Notes: a model not told the origin generated them from the letters alone. DNA of 64,000 nt from an uncultured Desulfobacterales bacterium (GCA_964647905.1 CAZYJR010000002.1:7198-71197); one strand, 5' to 3'; positions 10,222 to 19,040 are shown, counted from the first letter of the stretch. A program made the numbers and translations.

Positions 10222-10986
10222 TTACAAACGAATCGAGCCCCGATCTCCCTGTTTGCTTGTCCCGAGGCCGTAAAAGGGGCTTTTCTCCACTCTTTCTTTG
10301 TAAATCGTTTGCCGGTGCCACTCGGCAGCCATCATGATGGTTGTGCCGGCGAAATCTTCCAGGCTGTACTGGCAGAGGAAGAGACCTTTTTCCACAGGGG
10401 GCGCCTGCGGGAACGACTGCTCCAGAGCGCTAAGGGCATCCGCTTCCCAGCCTTTTCGAACGGTCCAGATCATGTCGCCCAGCACTCTGAACTCATGGGC
10501 TCTCGCTGCAAAATCCCCCAGGTATCGCACCATTTCCTCCGGAGACCCCATGCCGTCGCTCACACACAACCGTCCACGCTCGAGCCAATTGCCGACGGGA
10601 TGCCCCTTTCGTTCCATGTCCTCGAAGAGGTCCGAACTTCCTTCCGGAGGCATCACCACAAGCAACACCTCGCCCCGCTCGATGCCTTCGAGCAGGTAAG
10701 GTATGGACACCCGGTGCGCGTCCTCTTTCCCAGCGTAAAAATGCGTCATGTGGGCACCGCCGGGCACCCTTTCCCGTCCTCCAAGGCCTAACGGCTTCAA
10801 TCGATGACCTTTCGAATCGTGAGGGAGGTCCTCCAGGTCTCTCATGTAAAACCGTCTCTCTCGCTTTCGACCCACTCTGAAGCACTTCAATTTTCCGGCA
10901 TTCGTCCATCTTCTTATTGTCATTACAGAGACGTTCAAAAACTGTGCAGCATCCTTTATGTCCAATAAGTGCTCCATAAGGGGCAT
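10222..10986 (-). CDS. excisionase/MerR-type HTH + MEDS-domain regulator
   Basis: N-terminal LLDIKDAAQFLNVSVMTIRRWTNAGKL HTH. The remainder has MEDS hallmarks (HMTHFYAGKED..., RVLGDMIW, LFLCQYSLEDF). The ATG at 10986 has an AAAGGAGG RBS. The track ORF starts 9 codons earlier. Confidence 0.65.
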   Translation of the reverse strand: MPLMEHLLDIKDAAQFLNVSVMTIRRWTNAGKLKCFRVGRKRERRFYMRDLEDLPHDSKGHRLKPLGLGGRERVPGGAHMTHFYAGKEDAHRVSIPYLLEGIERGEVLLVVMPPEGSSDLFEDMERKGHPVGNWLERGRLCVSDGMGSPEEMVRYLGDFAARAHEFRVLGDMIWTVRKGWEADALSALEQSFPQAPPVEKGLFLCQYSLEDFAGTTIMMAAEWHRQTIYKERVEKSPFYGLGTSKQGDRGSIRL

Positions 10987-11026
10987 GTTTTTCCTCCTTT
11001 TGTAAAAACACACATGCTTTTCCGGT

Positions 11027-12244
11027 CTATGTCTGATCCATAGGAATCAGGAGCGAGGCCCCTATCTTCCGTATCGACTCATCGTCTTGCTCGAGGCATC
11101 TTTCTTTTGCGGCTTTCAGAATCCGCCCTCCTGCCGAATGGTTCCAAAACCACTCGTTGAACTCCCCGACATTGGGGGATGCAGAGCCCGGCCGGGCGGT
11201 CGCGGCCTCGAAGTAAAAAGACTTGAGGTCTTGGGCTGCAAGGCGAAGGGCCGCAGCAAAAGAGAGGTCGGCCTCTGGGATCACGGGATTCTCTCCCGTT
11301 GCGAAGCCACCGATGAACCCCGAGGCCGACTCAGGGCCGAATGTCACCACGGCCGTCCGATCATGCCTCTCGAGGTACAGGTCGTACCATGGACGAAGCT
11401 CTGCCACTTCGCGCTCGAATGCTGCCCTCAGCCTTTCCAGGTCGGTCCCCTCCCGCCATTCCGGGACGAAACCCACCGGACAGGACCAACCCTTCAGGCC
11501 TTCGTCCTCTCCGGCTGCATCCTCGGGCGCCTCGTCCGGGAAATCCTCGAGCAGAGGACCCGCCGGCGCAACCAAGAGCTCCAGCGCCGCCAGGAGCACT
11601 CGGCGCTGAAAACCAGGACTTCCGGGGGCTCCCAGGGGACGCCCGAGCTCAAAGGGTACCCAGAGTGCCCTCGGAGGCCGGATGGCCTCGGTATGCTCTC
11701 GGATCAGGCTGATCTGGGTGGTGGGGATGCCTTCTTCCTCCAAATACTGTCCTAGCGCACCCACGGCGCGCGTGCAGAAAGGTCAGACCGGCACCAAAAG
11801 GGCCCCGTCCACCCCGTCCCCCTTCAGCAGCAGGGCCAGGTTCCGGGCTGCGGGTTCCATTTCGACCGGGTCGGTGGCGCCCATAAACGAGTAGTGATAG
11901 GCCGCAACAGACCCGATGATTCCTTCCGCCGCGAGCTCACGGAGCCGGTCTAGCGGGAAGACCACGTTCCAGTCCTGCTGGAAGCCGGTGCGATCAAAAT
12001 TGGTGGAAATATGGGTCATCACGAGGTCCTTCGCCTCGGTTTCTCCAGGAATCACGCGGTAATCCCCGGTCATCCCGTCGAAGGGTCGATCGCCTCGTCG
12101 CTGAAGCCCCGCGGTTGAGATCAACGAAATCCGCCGGCCGGCAACGGGTTTTCCCGTCACCCAGGGCTGGTTTGCGAACGAAGGGCAAGGAAGTTTGGCC
12201 AGGTGCGATCTCATGGGCTCAATCATGCGCTCCAAGCGTGCCAT
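11027..12244 (-). CDS. GrdB/PrdB-family (glycine/sarcosine/betaine/D-proline reductase selenoprotein B-like) protein, TGA at 11785..11783 read as Sec
   Basis: Track ORFs 11783..12244 and 11027..11764 are in the same frame, separated only by a TGA. The joined sequence reads ...GALLVPV-U-PFCTRAVGALGQYLEEEGIPT.... The junction has the U/C-x-x-C arrangement of this family, and there is no plausible start or RBS for the downstream half. Confidence 0.7.
11755..11771 (-). other. candidate SECIS hairpin for the GrdB-like gene
   Basis: mRNA GCGCGCC-GUG-GGUGCGC forms a 6-7 bp GC-rich stem with a GU-containing apical loop. It starts 11 nt after the UGA. Confidence 0.45.
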
Positions 12245-12311
12245 TCGGGAATCCTTTCCTGTTCTCTGAAAATGGCCTTGTATTTTTACTTAATTTGGTT
12301 TATTTTGTTAT

Positions 12312-12340
12312 ACAATAATTGTCAGACTCACAGAAGTCAA
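12312..12340 (-). promoter_or_regulatory. candidate sigma70 promoter for the GrdB-like operon
   Basis: The minus strand reads TTGACT-N17-TATTGT inside a short AT-rich tract, ~65 nt upstream of the ATG at 12244. Confidence 0.3.
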
Positions 12341-12349
12341 GCTCGGGGA

Positions 12350-12667
12350 TCTTTTTCTGCCAGGCGGGTTGCACCGAAAGGCCGGTCGGGTTGTCCAGGG
12401 GCCGACCCTGATTCCTATCCGATCGACCCTTTTCTCGTAGCCGCGAAGTTGACGCCGGATGCGGTACTGTCGCACCACACCGCGCTCGAGTTCACGGAAA
12501 GGCTTACTGGGTTCATACAGCCCTCACCTGTTCGGCATCCCGCCCCCTCGGACCTTTCACATTCCGTGCTCACGTTTCCCGGGGGACGAAGTTTCGTAAA
12601 GCGCTTCCCCGTCTTGGGAAAGAACATTTCGGTGTTTCGATCGCGGAGCGATCCGACCGGGAGTTGA
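12350..12667 (+). pseudogene. AbiEi/COG5340-like antitoxin fragment
   Basis: PIDPFLVAAKLTPDAVLSHHTALEF resembles the central region of AbiEi-type antitoxins. There is no credible N-terminal wHTH or start codon, and the surrounding sequence is degenerate. Confidence 0.3.
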
Positions 12668-13425
12668 GGGTTACGAACCTGGAGGGATCGGGACACCCCC
12701 GCGAGATTCAGGAAGTACGCAATGCCTTTGCTGCCTACGAGACCATGGAGGACTGGGATGCCAGTTCCGAAGAGGATTTATTGGCGGCTCACGAGTTGCT
12801 CATGCGCGGACTCGTGGACGAAACGGGTCGATATCGATCCGGCGGCGTCGGGATCTTCCAGAGTGAGCAGCTGGTGCATATGGCTACTCCTGCCGACCGG
12901 GTGCCCAAGCTGATGGCGGAGCTGCTCGATTGGCTTGCAACTACCCGTGAGCATCCGTTGGTGGCCAGTTGCGTCTTTCACTACGAGTTTGAATTCATTC
13001 ACCCCTTTGCCGACGGCAACGGGAGAGTGGGGCGGTTGTGGCAAACCCTGATCCTGCGCAACTGGAAGCCGCTGCTGGCTTACCTGCCGGCGGAGACAGT
13101 GATTCGCGAACGGCAGGAGGACTGTTACCGCGTGCCGGCGGTGGCTACGACACCATGCCTACGAGTAGAAAAGGGAGGCTTGCGACAAATTCACGATAGG
13201 GCTTGTGACAACCCGGCCATAGAATATCAAGCCGATAGAGACATTCAAATGCATTCTGACCCCGAATTCACCTGGTTCCTTTCCGCCACCCGTGGGCGAA
13301 GAATCCGCAAGGGAGGATCAAACAGGTCTGGTAGAATCCTGGCAGTCTTTTTTTCGGATTGGTTGCGAATACCGAATGCATTGAACGAATTGGAGCCGCC
13401 CCGCCGCCCCTGGCCCCCCGGGTGA
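12664..13425 (+). pseudogene. Fic-domain protein, truncated/decayed
   Basis: Canonical Fic motif HPFADGNGRVGR with flanking helices (PLVASCVFHYEFEFIHPF...LWQTLIL). The usual N-terminal ~100 aa and C-terminal wHTH are missing. Beyond about 13150 the ORF has no Fic-like sequence. Confidence 0.6.
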
Positions 13426-13516
13426 TGCCAGCTAGAAAAAGACAGGCAAAGGCCATCTACTCCGCATTAACCGGCAGCGCGAGCAGCACCCGGGCCATGG
13501 GCGGCGGGGCCAAGGG

Positions 13517-13939
13517 CTACTGGTTTTCTCTCTGCTTCTTGCGCGCCTCAGCCAATTTCCGGCCAAGGTCCTGCTCCTTCGCGACTTTCCTGCGCTTTGC
13601 TGAGAGGGATTTAGCCGAGAGGGGCTGCCGCGCCTTGAATCCGTATTTCGCCTTGTATTCCTTTGGAGTCAGCCCATGGTCCTGGAGATGGCGCTTAGTT
13701 AGAATTTTAAATTTCTTGCCGCACTCGAGACAGGTTACGGAATTCTGTTTGATCGAGCTCTTCGGATCCATATCCGGAGAGGCCGTCTCTTCTTCACCGC
13801 CTTCTTCATTGGCCTTCACGCTCTTTAAGGACTCATAGGTCTTCTTGATCAACTCATTGATTTCCTCAGGGGTGAGCTTGGATACACTAGCTTGTGCCTG
13901 AGCGATTTCTCCTGCCAGTTCATACAATGATTTCGCCAT
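13517..13939 (-). CDS. MucR/Ros family zinc-finger transcriptional regulator
   Basis: VTCLECGKKFKILTKRHLQDHGLTPKEYKAKYGF is the Ros/MucR C2H2-like finger. The ATG at 13939 has an AAGGAGG RBS. The track ORF carries a 47-codon spurious extension. Confidence 0.85.
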   Translation of the reverse strand: MAKSLYELAGEIAQAQASVSKLTPEEINELIKKTYESLKSVKANEEGGEEETASPDMDPKSSIKQNSVTCLECGKKFKILTKRHLQDHGLTPKEYKAKYGFKARQPLSAKSLSAKRRKVAKEQDLGRKLAEARKKQRENQ

Positions 13940-14268
13940 CACGATCCTCCTTTGACATCTTTTGATTTGGTATAGTGCCGGATTATTAATCATTCGGATA
14001 GATAATTCAAGAGGAGAAGTCAAGAAAAGGATTGAAAAAAGGAAATGCTGCTTGGACCGGCGGAACCCAGATGAGATCAATGATGTATGTCATCGTGGGC
14101 GGCAGGCATTGATAAGGCAATCGGTGTTGACCCAAGCGGGAACGGCCTCGCTGTCTTCGAGAGCGATGGGGTGGACGGCCAAACCGAAAGAGGAGCAGTC
14201 ATAAGCGCGGCTCCGGGACCGGCAGGTTTTCGGGCCGGAAACGCAAGGCCTTTTGAACCGGAAAGATT

Positions 14269-14299
14269 GGTCACATATGATCAGTGATCATATGTGACC
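14269..14299. repeat. perfect 31-bp palindrome GGTCACATATGATCA-g-TGATCATATGTGACC
   Basis: Read directly: 15-bp arms with no mismatch and a single central base. Intergenic. Confidence 0.95.
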
Positions 14300-14398
14300 A
14301 GCGGCTTTCATCCTTCCCGCACCCCCGCCCGCCTCCCTTCAATGAAATAACCCTATTAAATCAGATAAATACAGCCAAGTCGCCGGGGGCATGAATTC

Positions 14399-14413
14399 CG
14401 GCACGAGTCTTGA
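14399..14413 (+). promoter_or_regulatory. candidate sigma54 (-24/-12) promoter
   Basis: CGGCACG-AGTC-TTGA against consensus TGGCACG-N4-TTGC, with exact spacing. The -24 GG is present, and -12 is GA rather than GC. It lies ~75 nt upstream of the ABM gene ATG. Confidence 0.35.
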
Positions 14414-14486
14414 GTGGTTGGAGCCCAAGACTTGGGCAAAACGATCGGCGAGCACGGATAGTCGGCTTTGCCGGAAGGTGGCTGCC

Positions 14487-14843
14487 ATGATCATAGTCAG
14501 AATAACCATGCGTGTATTACCTGAAAAGCAGAAAGAAGTGGTTCAGACACTTTTCTCGTTGACCTCTTCCATGGAGAAGGAAACGGGGTGTATCAGCTAT
14601 ACGATTTTCGGCAACATGAAAGACAAGGATGAGCTTTGCGTATTCGAAGAGTGGGAAAAACGCGAAGATTTGGACGATCACCTCAAATCAGACATATTCG
14701 GCGTTTTATTAGGGACAAAGAGCCTGCTGTCTCGATCGCACGGCATTCATATTTATACTGTCCAACAGGCCGAAGGGATGGGCGCAGTTCTAGCTGCACG
14801 CAGGAAGAGAGGCTATCGGATGTTAAAGGAGATCAAAAAATGA
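14487..14843 (+). CDS. antibiotic-biosynthesis-monooxygenase (ABM/YgiN-like) domain protein
   Basis: MIIVRITMRVLPEKQKEVVQTL...CVFEEWEKREDLDDHLKSD fits the ferredoxin-like ABM fold pattern. GGAAGGTGG RBS. The stop overlaps the next start (ATGA). Confidence 0.7.
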   Translation: MIIVRITMRVLPEKQKEVVQTLFSLTSSMEKETGCISYTIFGNMKDKDELCVFEEWEKREDLDDHLKSDIFGVLLGTKSLLSRSHGIHIYTVQQAEGMGAVLAARRKRGYRMLKEIKK

Positions 14844-16342
14844 ACGTTCTACTAATCTACCCCAAATTTCCGGAAACGTTCTGGTCTTTTACCTATGCTC
14901 TTCCATTCATAGGCAAGAAATCGGCCTTCCCGCCGCTCGGCCTCCTTACCGTCGCGGCAATGCTGCCTGAAGAGTGGACCAAGCGCCTGGTGGATGAGAA
15001 CACGGACGAGCTCCTGGATGAGGATCTGGCTTGGGCGGATATGGCCCTTATAAGCGCAATGGCCCTTCAGCGCAAGGCGGCTGCCGGGATCATCGACCGT
15101 TGCAAGGCCGTGGGATTGAAAGTCGTTGCCGGCGGACCGCTCTTTACCGCTGAACCGGACGCCTTCGAGCAGGTGGATCACCTGGTCTTGGGCGAGGCCG
15201 AAGCGATTCTGCCGGCCCTTGTCTCGGATCTGAAGAACGGGTGTGCGAAAAGGGCTTACAGCGCCGAGGGATATCCCGACATTCACGAGACCCCGGTTCC
15301 CTTATGGGATTTGATCCCCATGAATCGCTATGCATCGCTGAACATTCAGTATTCCAGGGGTTGTCCCTTCAATTGCGATTTCTGCAATATTACTGCGCTC
15401 TTCGGCCATAAGCCCCGCATCAAGGCCCCGCAACAGATCGTGGCTGAGCTGGAAGCCATTTATCAGGCTGGTTGGCGGGGCAATATCTTTTTTGTGGACG
15501 ACAACTTCATCGGCAACAAGCGTTCTCTCAAGGAGCAATTGCTTCCGGCCCTGATCGAATGGCGCAAGGGTAAGAAAGGATACGTGTTCTTTACCGAAGC
15601 CTCGATCAATCTCGCCGATGACCCCGAACTCATGAGCATGATGGTCGAAGCCGGATTCGATTCCGTCTTCATCGGCATCGAGACGCCGGACGAGAAAAGC
15701 CTTACCGAGTGCTGCAAGGAACACAACAAAAATAGAGATCTAATTCAAGATGTCAAAAAAATACATCGCTTCGGGTTGCAGGTGATGGGCGGCTTCATCG
15801 TAGGCTTTGATAGCGATACACCCACGATCTTTCAACAGCAAATTGATTTCATACAGAGAAGCGGGATTGTAACAGCCATGGTGGGTCTGCTTCAGGCCCC
15901 TCCGGGAACCCGATTGTTTGAACGCCTTGCGCGAAAACAACGAGTATGCACGGAGTTCTCAGGCGACAATGTAGATGGACGGACCAATATTATTCCAGCC
16001 ATGGGCCTGGAAAAGCTGACCAATGGTTATCGAAAAATCATGAAACAAATCTACTCTCCCCGCAAATACTACCAGCGGGTCAGGTGCATTTTAGGGGAGC
16101 TCAAGCCGGCGGCGGCGACACCGGCCTACGATCGGCAGAGGATCCTTGCGTTTTGGCGCGCCTGCCTGCACCTGGGCGTCTTGGGAAAGGAAAGATTTCA
16201 ATACTGGCGTTTGTTGACATGGACTCTTGCGCGAAGGCCCAGGCTGCTTCCGTTGGCGATCACCCTGGCCATCTACGGCCACAATTACCGGAGGTTGTTC
16301 GAGGCTCATCTTTTTCGGGCGGGGCAGCAAACGACCATTTGA
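14840..16342 (+). CDS. B12-binding domain radical SAM protein with DUF4070-type C-terminus
   Basis: MNVLLIYPKFPETFWSF...PPLGLLTVAAML is the B12-binding N-domain. YSRGCPFNCDFC is the radical SAM cluster motif. The real start is the ATG at 14840, and the track ORF has a 68-codon overlap extension. Confidence 0.85.
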   Translation: MNVLLIYPKFPETFWSFTYALPFIGKKSAFPPLGLLTVAAMLPEEWTKRLVDENTDELLDEDLAWADMALISAMALQRKAAAGIIDRCKAVGLKVVAGGPLFTAEPDAFEQVDHLVLGEAEAILPALVSDLKNGCAKRAYSAEGYPDIHETPVPLWDLIPMNRYASLNIQYSRGCPFNCDFCNITALFGHKPRIKAPQQIVAELEAIYQAGWRGNIFFVDDNFIGNKRSLKEQLLPALIEWRKGKKGYVFFTEASINLADDPELMSMMVEAGFDSVFIGIETPDEKSLTECCKEHNKNRDLIQDVKKIHRFGLQVMGGFIVGFDSDTPTIFQQQIDFIQRSGIVTAMVGLLQAPPGTRLFERLARKQRVCTEFSGDNVDGRTNIIPAMGLEKLTNGYRKIMKQIYSPRKYYQRVRCILGELKPAAATPAYDRQRILAFWRACLHLGVLGKERFQYWRLLTWTLARRPRLLPLAITLAIYGHNYRRLFEAHLFRAGQQTTI

Positions 16343-16415
16343 AACCCGGCCGCGTTCGCCTCGGAAAGGCAAGCATCGACTATGCATTCCAGCTGATGAA
16401 TCAAGGAGATAAGCC

Positions 16416-17462
16416 ATGACTGAATGGAATCAACCCCCAGGGGGGGGATCACCGCCGAGTTTGGAGGAAGTAAAGGACAAGATTCGGCAGCAGCTCAAGC
16501 GGGTCAAAGGCGGTCCGGGCCTTATCCTCGCCATTATAGTATTGGTGGTCGTCTTCTGGACCGCATGGTTCACAGTCCAGCCGGAAGAGACCGGGATTGT
16601 GCAGCGCTTTGGAAAAGTCGTGCGCACGGCCGGTCCGGGACTGCACTTCAAAGTGCCTCTCGGTGTCGAAAAGGCCCGTATGGTACCCACGGCCCGCGTA
16701 CTCAAAGAGGAGTTCGGTTTCCGGACGCTGGCCGCCGTTCCAGGCGAAAAGACCCGGTATGATCCAAGCGGCTCCTACAAGGACGAATCCCTGATGCTCA
16801 CCGGCGACCTGAACGTCATTGACGTTCAGTGGATCGTCCAATACCGCATCGAAGACCCGATCCGCTACCTGTTTCATGTTCGCGACACGCCAAAGACGAT
16901 CCGCGACACCTGCGAGGCGATCATGCGCAGGGCGGTGGGCAACCGTATCGGCAGCGATGTCCTGACCACCGGCCGCGTCGCGGTTGCCAGTGAAGCGAAA
17001 GAAGAGATCCAGAAAGTCCTTACGGCCTATGAGTCCGGCGTGCGTTTGGTTACAGTGGAGCTTCAGGATGTTACCCCGCCGGACACCGTAAAGCCCGCCT
17101 TCAATGAAGTCAACGAGTCGCGCCAGGACAAGGAGCGGACGATCAACAAGGCCCAGGAGCAGGCCAACCGGGAAATCCCCAAGGCTCGCGGAGTGGCCAC
17201 CCAAAGTATCAGCGAGGCCGAAGGGTATGCCCTGGAGCGCGTGAACCGGGCCGAAGGAGAGGCCACTCGCTTTTCCGCCATCCTGGGAGAGTACCAAGAG
17301 GCGCCGCAGGTCACGCGCCGGCGCCTGTATCTGGAGGCCATGACGGGTTTACTGGCGGACATGAAGGGGCTCTATATCGTGGATAAGGATCAGAACGCCA
17401 TGGTGCCCTGGATCTCCATGGAGTCCGGCGCGCAACTATCAGCGGAAGGGAGGCAGCCATGA
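16416..17462 (+). CDS. hflK: FtsH protease modulator HflK (SPFH/band 7)
   Basis: N-terminal TM followed by an SPFH domain (VQPEETGIVQRFGK...). The C-terminal EAEGYA..RV..AEGEA.RF repeat region is typical of HflK. Confidence 0.9.
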   Translation: MTEWNQPPGGGSPPSLEEVKDKIRQQLKRVKGGPGLILAIIVLVVVFWTAWFTVQPEETGIVQRFGKVVRTAGPGLHFKVPLGVEKARMVPTARVLKEEFGFRTLAAVPGEKTRYDPSGSYKDESLMLTGDLNVIDVQWIVQYRIEDPIRYLFHVRDTPKTIRDTCEAIMRRAVGNRIGSDVLTTGRVAVASEAKEEIQKVLTAYESGVRLVTVELQDVTPPDTVKPAFNEVNESRQDKERTINKAQEQANREIPKARGVATQSISEAEGYALERVNRAEGEATRFSAILGEYQEAPQVTRRRLYLEAMTGLLADMKGLYIVDKDQNAMVPWISMESGAQLSAEGRQP

Positions 17463-18427
17463 GGCGCACCTTGAAAACGGCGATGATAGCAATATCGGTG
17501 ATAATCTTCATTGCTCTCTATAGTGGGCTCTACACTTTGGAAGAAGGCCGCCAAGCCATTGTCGTACAGTTCGGCAGGCCCGTGGGGGAAACGGTGACAG
17601 AGGCGGGTCTGCACATGAAGCTGCCCTTGATACAAGAGGTCCGGCGATTCGAAAAGCGTCTGATCGCCTGGGACGGTGACCCCAACCAGGTCCCCACCAA
17701 AGGGCGCGAGTTCATCTGGGTGGACACCACCGCCAGATGGCGGATTGCGGACGCGAAAAAGTTCCTGGAGAACGTGGCAAGCGAAGCGGGCGCCCAGTCC
17801 CGCTTGAACGATATTCTCGACTCCGTGGTGCGGGACCAGGTATCGAGCAGCGAGCTCGTAGAGCTCGTACGCAGCGCATCCTGGCAGGTCCCTGAAGACG
17901 AGGTGCTGAAGGAAGTCCCGAAGGAGAGGGAGGAGGAGCTCAAGAGAGAGATCGCCCGCGGGAGGGAGGAGATCACCCGGACGATACTGGCTGAAGCACG
18001 GAAGATCATCCCGCAGTACGGCATAGAGCTCGTGGATGTGCGCATCAAACGCCTGGATTATGTGGAAAGCGTCCGTGAGAAGGTCTATGAGCGCATGATC
18101 TCGGAGCGCAAACGAATCGCCGCTCAGTTCCGCTCCGAAGGCGAGGGACGCAGCGCCGAGATCCTAGGGACGATGGAAAAGGAGCTGCGCCGGATCCGCT
18201 CGACCGCCTACCGCCGGGTCCAGGAGGTCCAGGGCAAGGCCGACGCGGACGCCACGCGGATATACGGTAAAGCCTACAATCAGAACCCCGAATTCTACGC
18301 CTTTTTGCGCACCCTTGAAAGCTACAAGGAAAAAACAAACATGAACTCCGTGATGATCCTCACCACGGACAGCGACTTTTACCAATACATCAAACAGGCC
18401 ACTCCAAGCCAAGCAAAGACACCATAG
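17459..18427 (+). CDS. hflC: FtsH protease modulator HflC (SPFH/band 7)
   Basis: Overlaps the hflK stop. TM followed by an SPFH domain (YTLEEGRQAIVVQFGRP), with an HflC-type C-terminus ...NPEFYAFLRTLESY. Confidence 0.9.
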   Translation: MRRTLKTAMIAISVIIFIALYSGLYTLEEGRQAIVVQFGRPVGETVTEAGLHMKLPLIQEVRRFEKRLIAWDGDPNQVPTKGREFIWVDTTARWRIADAKKFLENVASEAGAQSRLNDILDSVVRDQVSSSELVELVRSASWQVPEDEVLKEVPKEREEELKREIARGREEITRTILAEARKIIPQYGIELVDVRIKRLDYVESVREKVYERMISERKRIAAQFRSEGEGRSAEILGTMEKELRRIRSTAYRRVQEVQGKADADATRIYGKAYNQNPEFYAFLRTLESYKEKTNMNSVMILTTDSDFYQYIKQATPSQAKTP

Positions 18428-18572
18428 GGTCCTTATATGGTAAAGGAGCTGTGCTCCTAAAATCAACACGTATAACCCCGAATCAGGGATGTATAGTGAA
18501 TAATATCTAGTTCAAGCTCACACAAAAGCTTTGATCGAGCCCAGTAAGCCTCCATATTAGGGGAGGAAAGAG

Positions 18573-19040
18573 ATGACTTATAACACCAAAGTCACTATCG
18601 AAAGACGGCCATTTTTACTCAGCAGCGGAATGGAGAAGCATCATTTCAAGCAATATGAGGAAGCCACTGGTCATAGCCGGAGCCTTGTGATCGACGATGA
18701 ACCTAGTATTCTTGAATATGTTGCAAAAATGCTCACCCTATTCGGTTTCAAAGAGGTGGAAACCGTCAAGAGAAAATCCGAGGTTATTAGAAAGTTGACC
18801 GAAAATCCCTACGATTTGTTTCTAACCGACCTGGAGATGCCGGACATGAATGGCTTCCACCTGACCCAAATGGTTCAAAAGGATGTGTATGACACCAAAG
18901 TGGTCATCATGACGGGACGCCTCAAGGACGAGTGTCTTGAGATGATGACCGCGGAGTGGGTGGACGGGTGGCTTTTCAAGCCCTTTGGATTCAGGGATCT
19001 GCGCTCCACGCTCCGGTCTCTGGGGTTACAGAGTGATTGA
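18573..19040 (+). CDS. single-domain response regulator (CheY-like receiver)
   Basis: LVIDDEPSILEYV...LFLTDLEMPDMNGF...KVVIMTGR...WLFKPF carries the phospho-acceptor Asp and the conserved T/K positions. GGGGAGGAAAGAG RBS. Confidence 0.8.
   Translation: MTYNTKVTIERRPFLLSSGMEKHHFKQYEEATGHSRSLVIDDEPSILEYVAKMLTLFGFKEVETVKRKSEVIRKLTENPYDLFLTDLEMPDMNGFHLTQMVQKDVYDTKVVIMTGRLKDECLEMMTAEWVDGWLFKPFGFRDLRSTLRSLGLQSD

Noticed and set aside
18445-18462. Hairpin AGGAGC-tgt-GCTCCT after hflC as a terminator
   Set aside because: The stem is only 6 bp with a 3-nt loop. It is followed by an A-run rather than a U-run on the coding strand, so support is insufficient.
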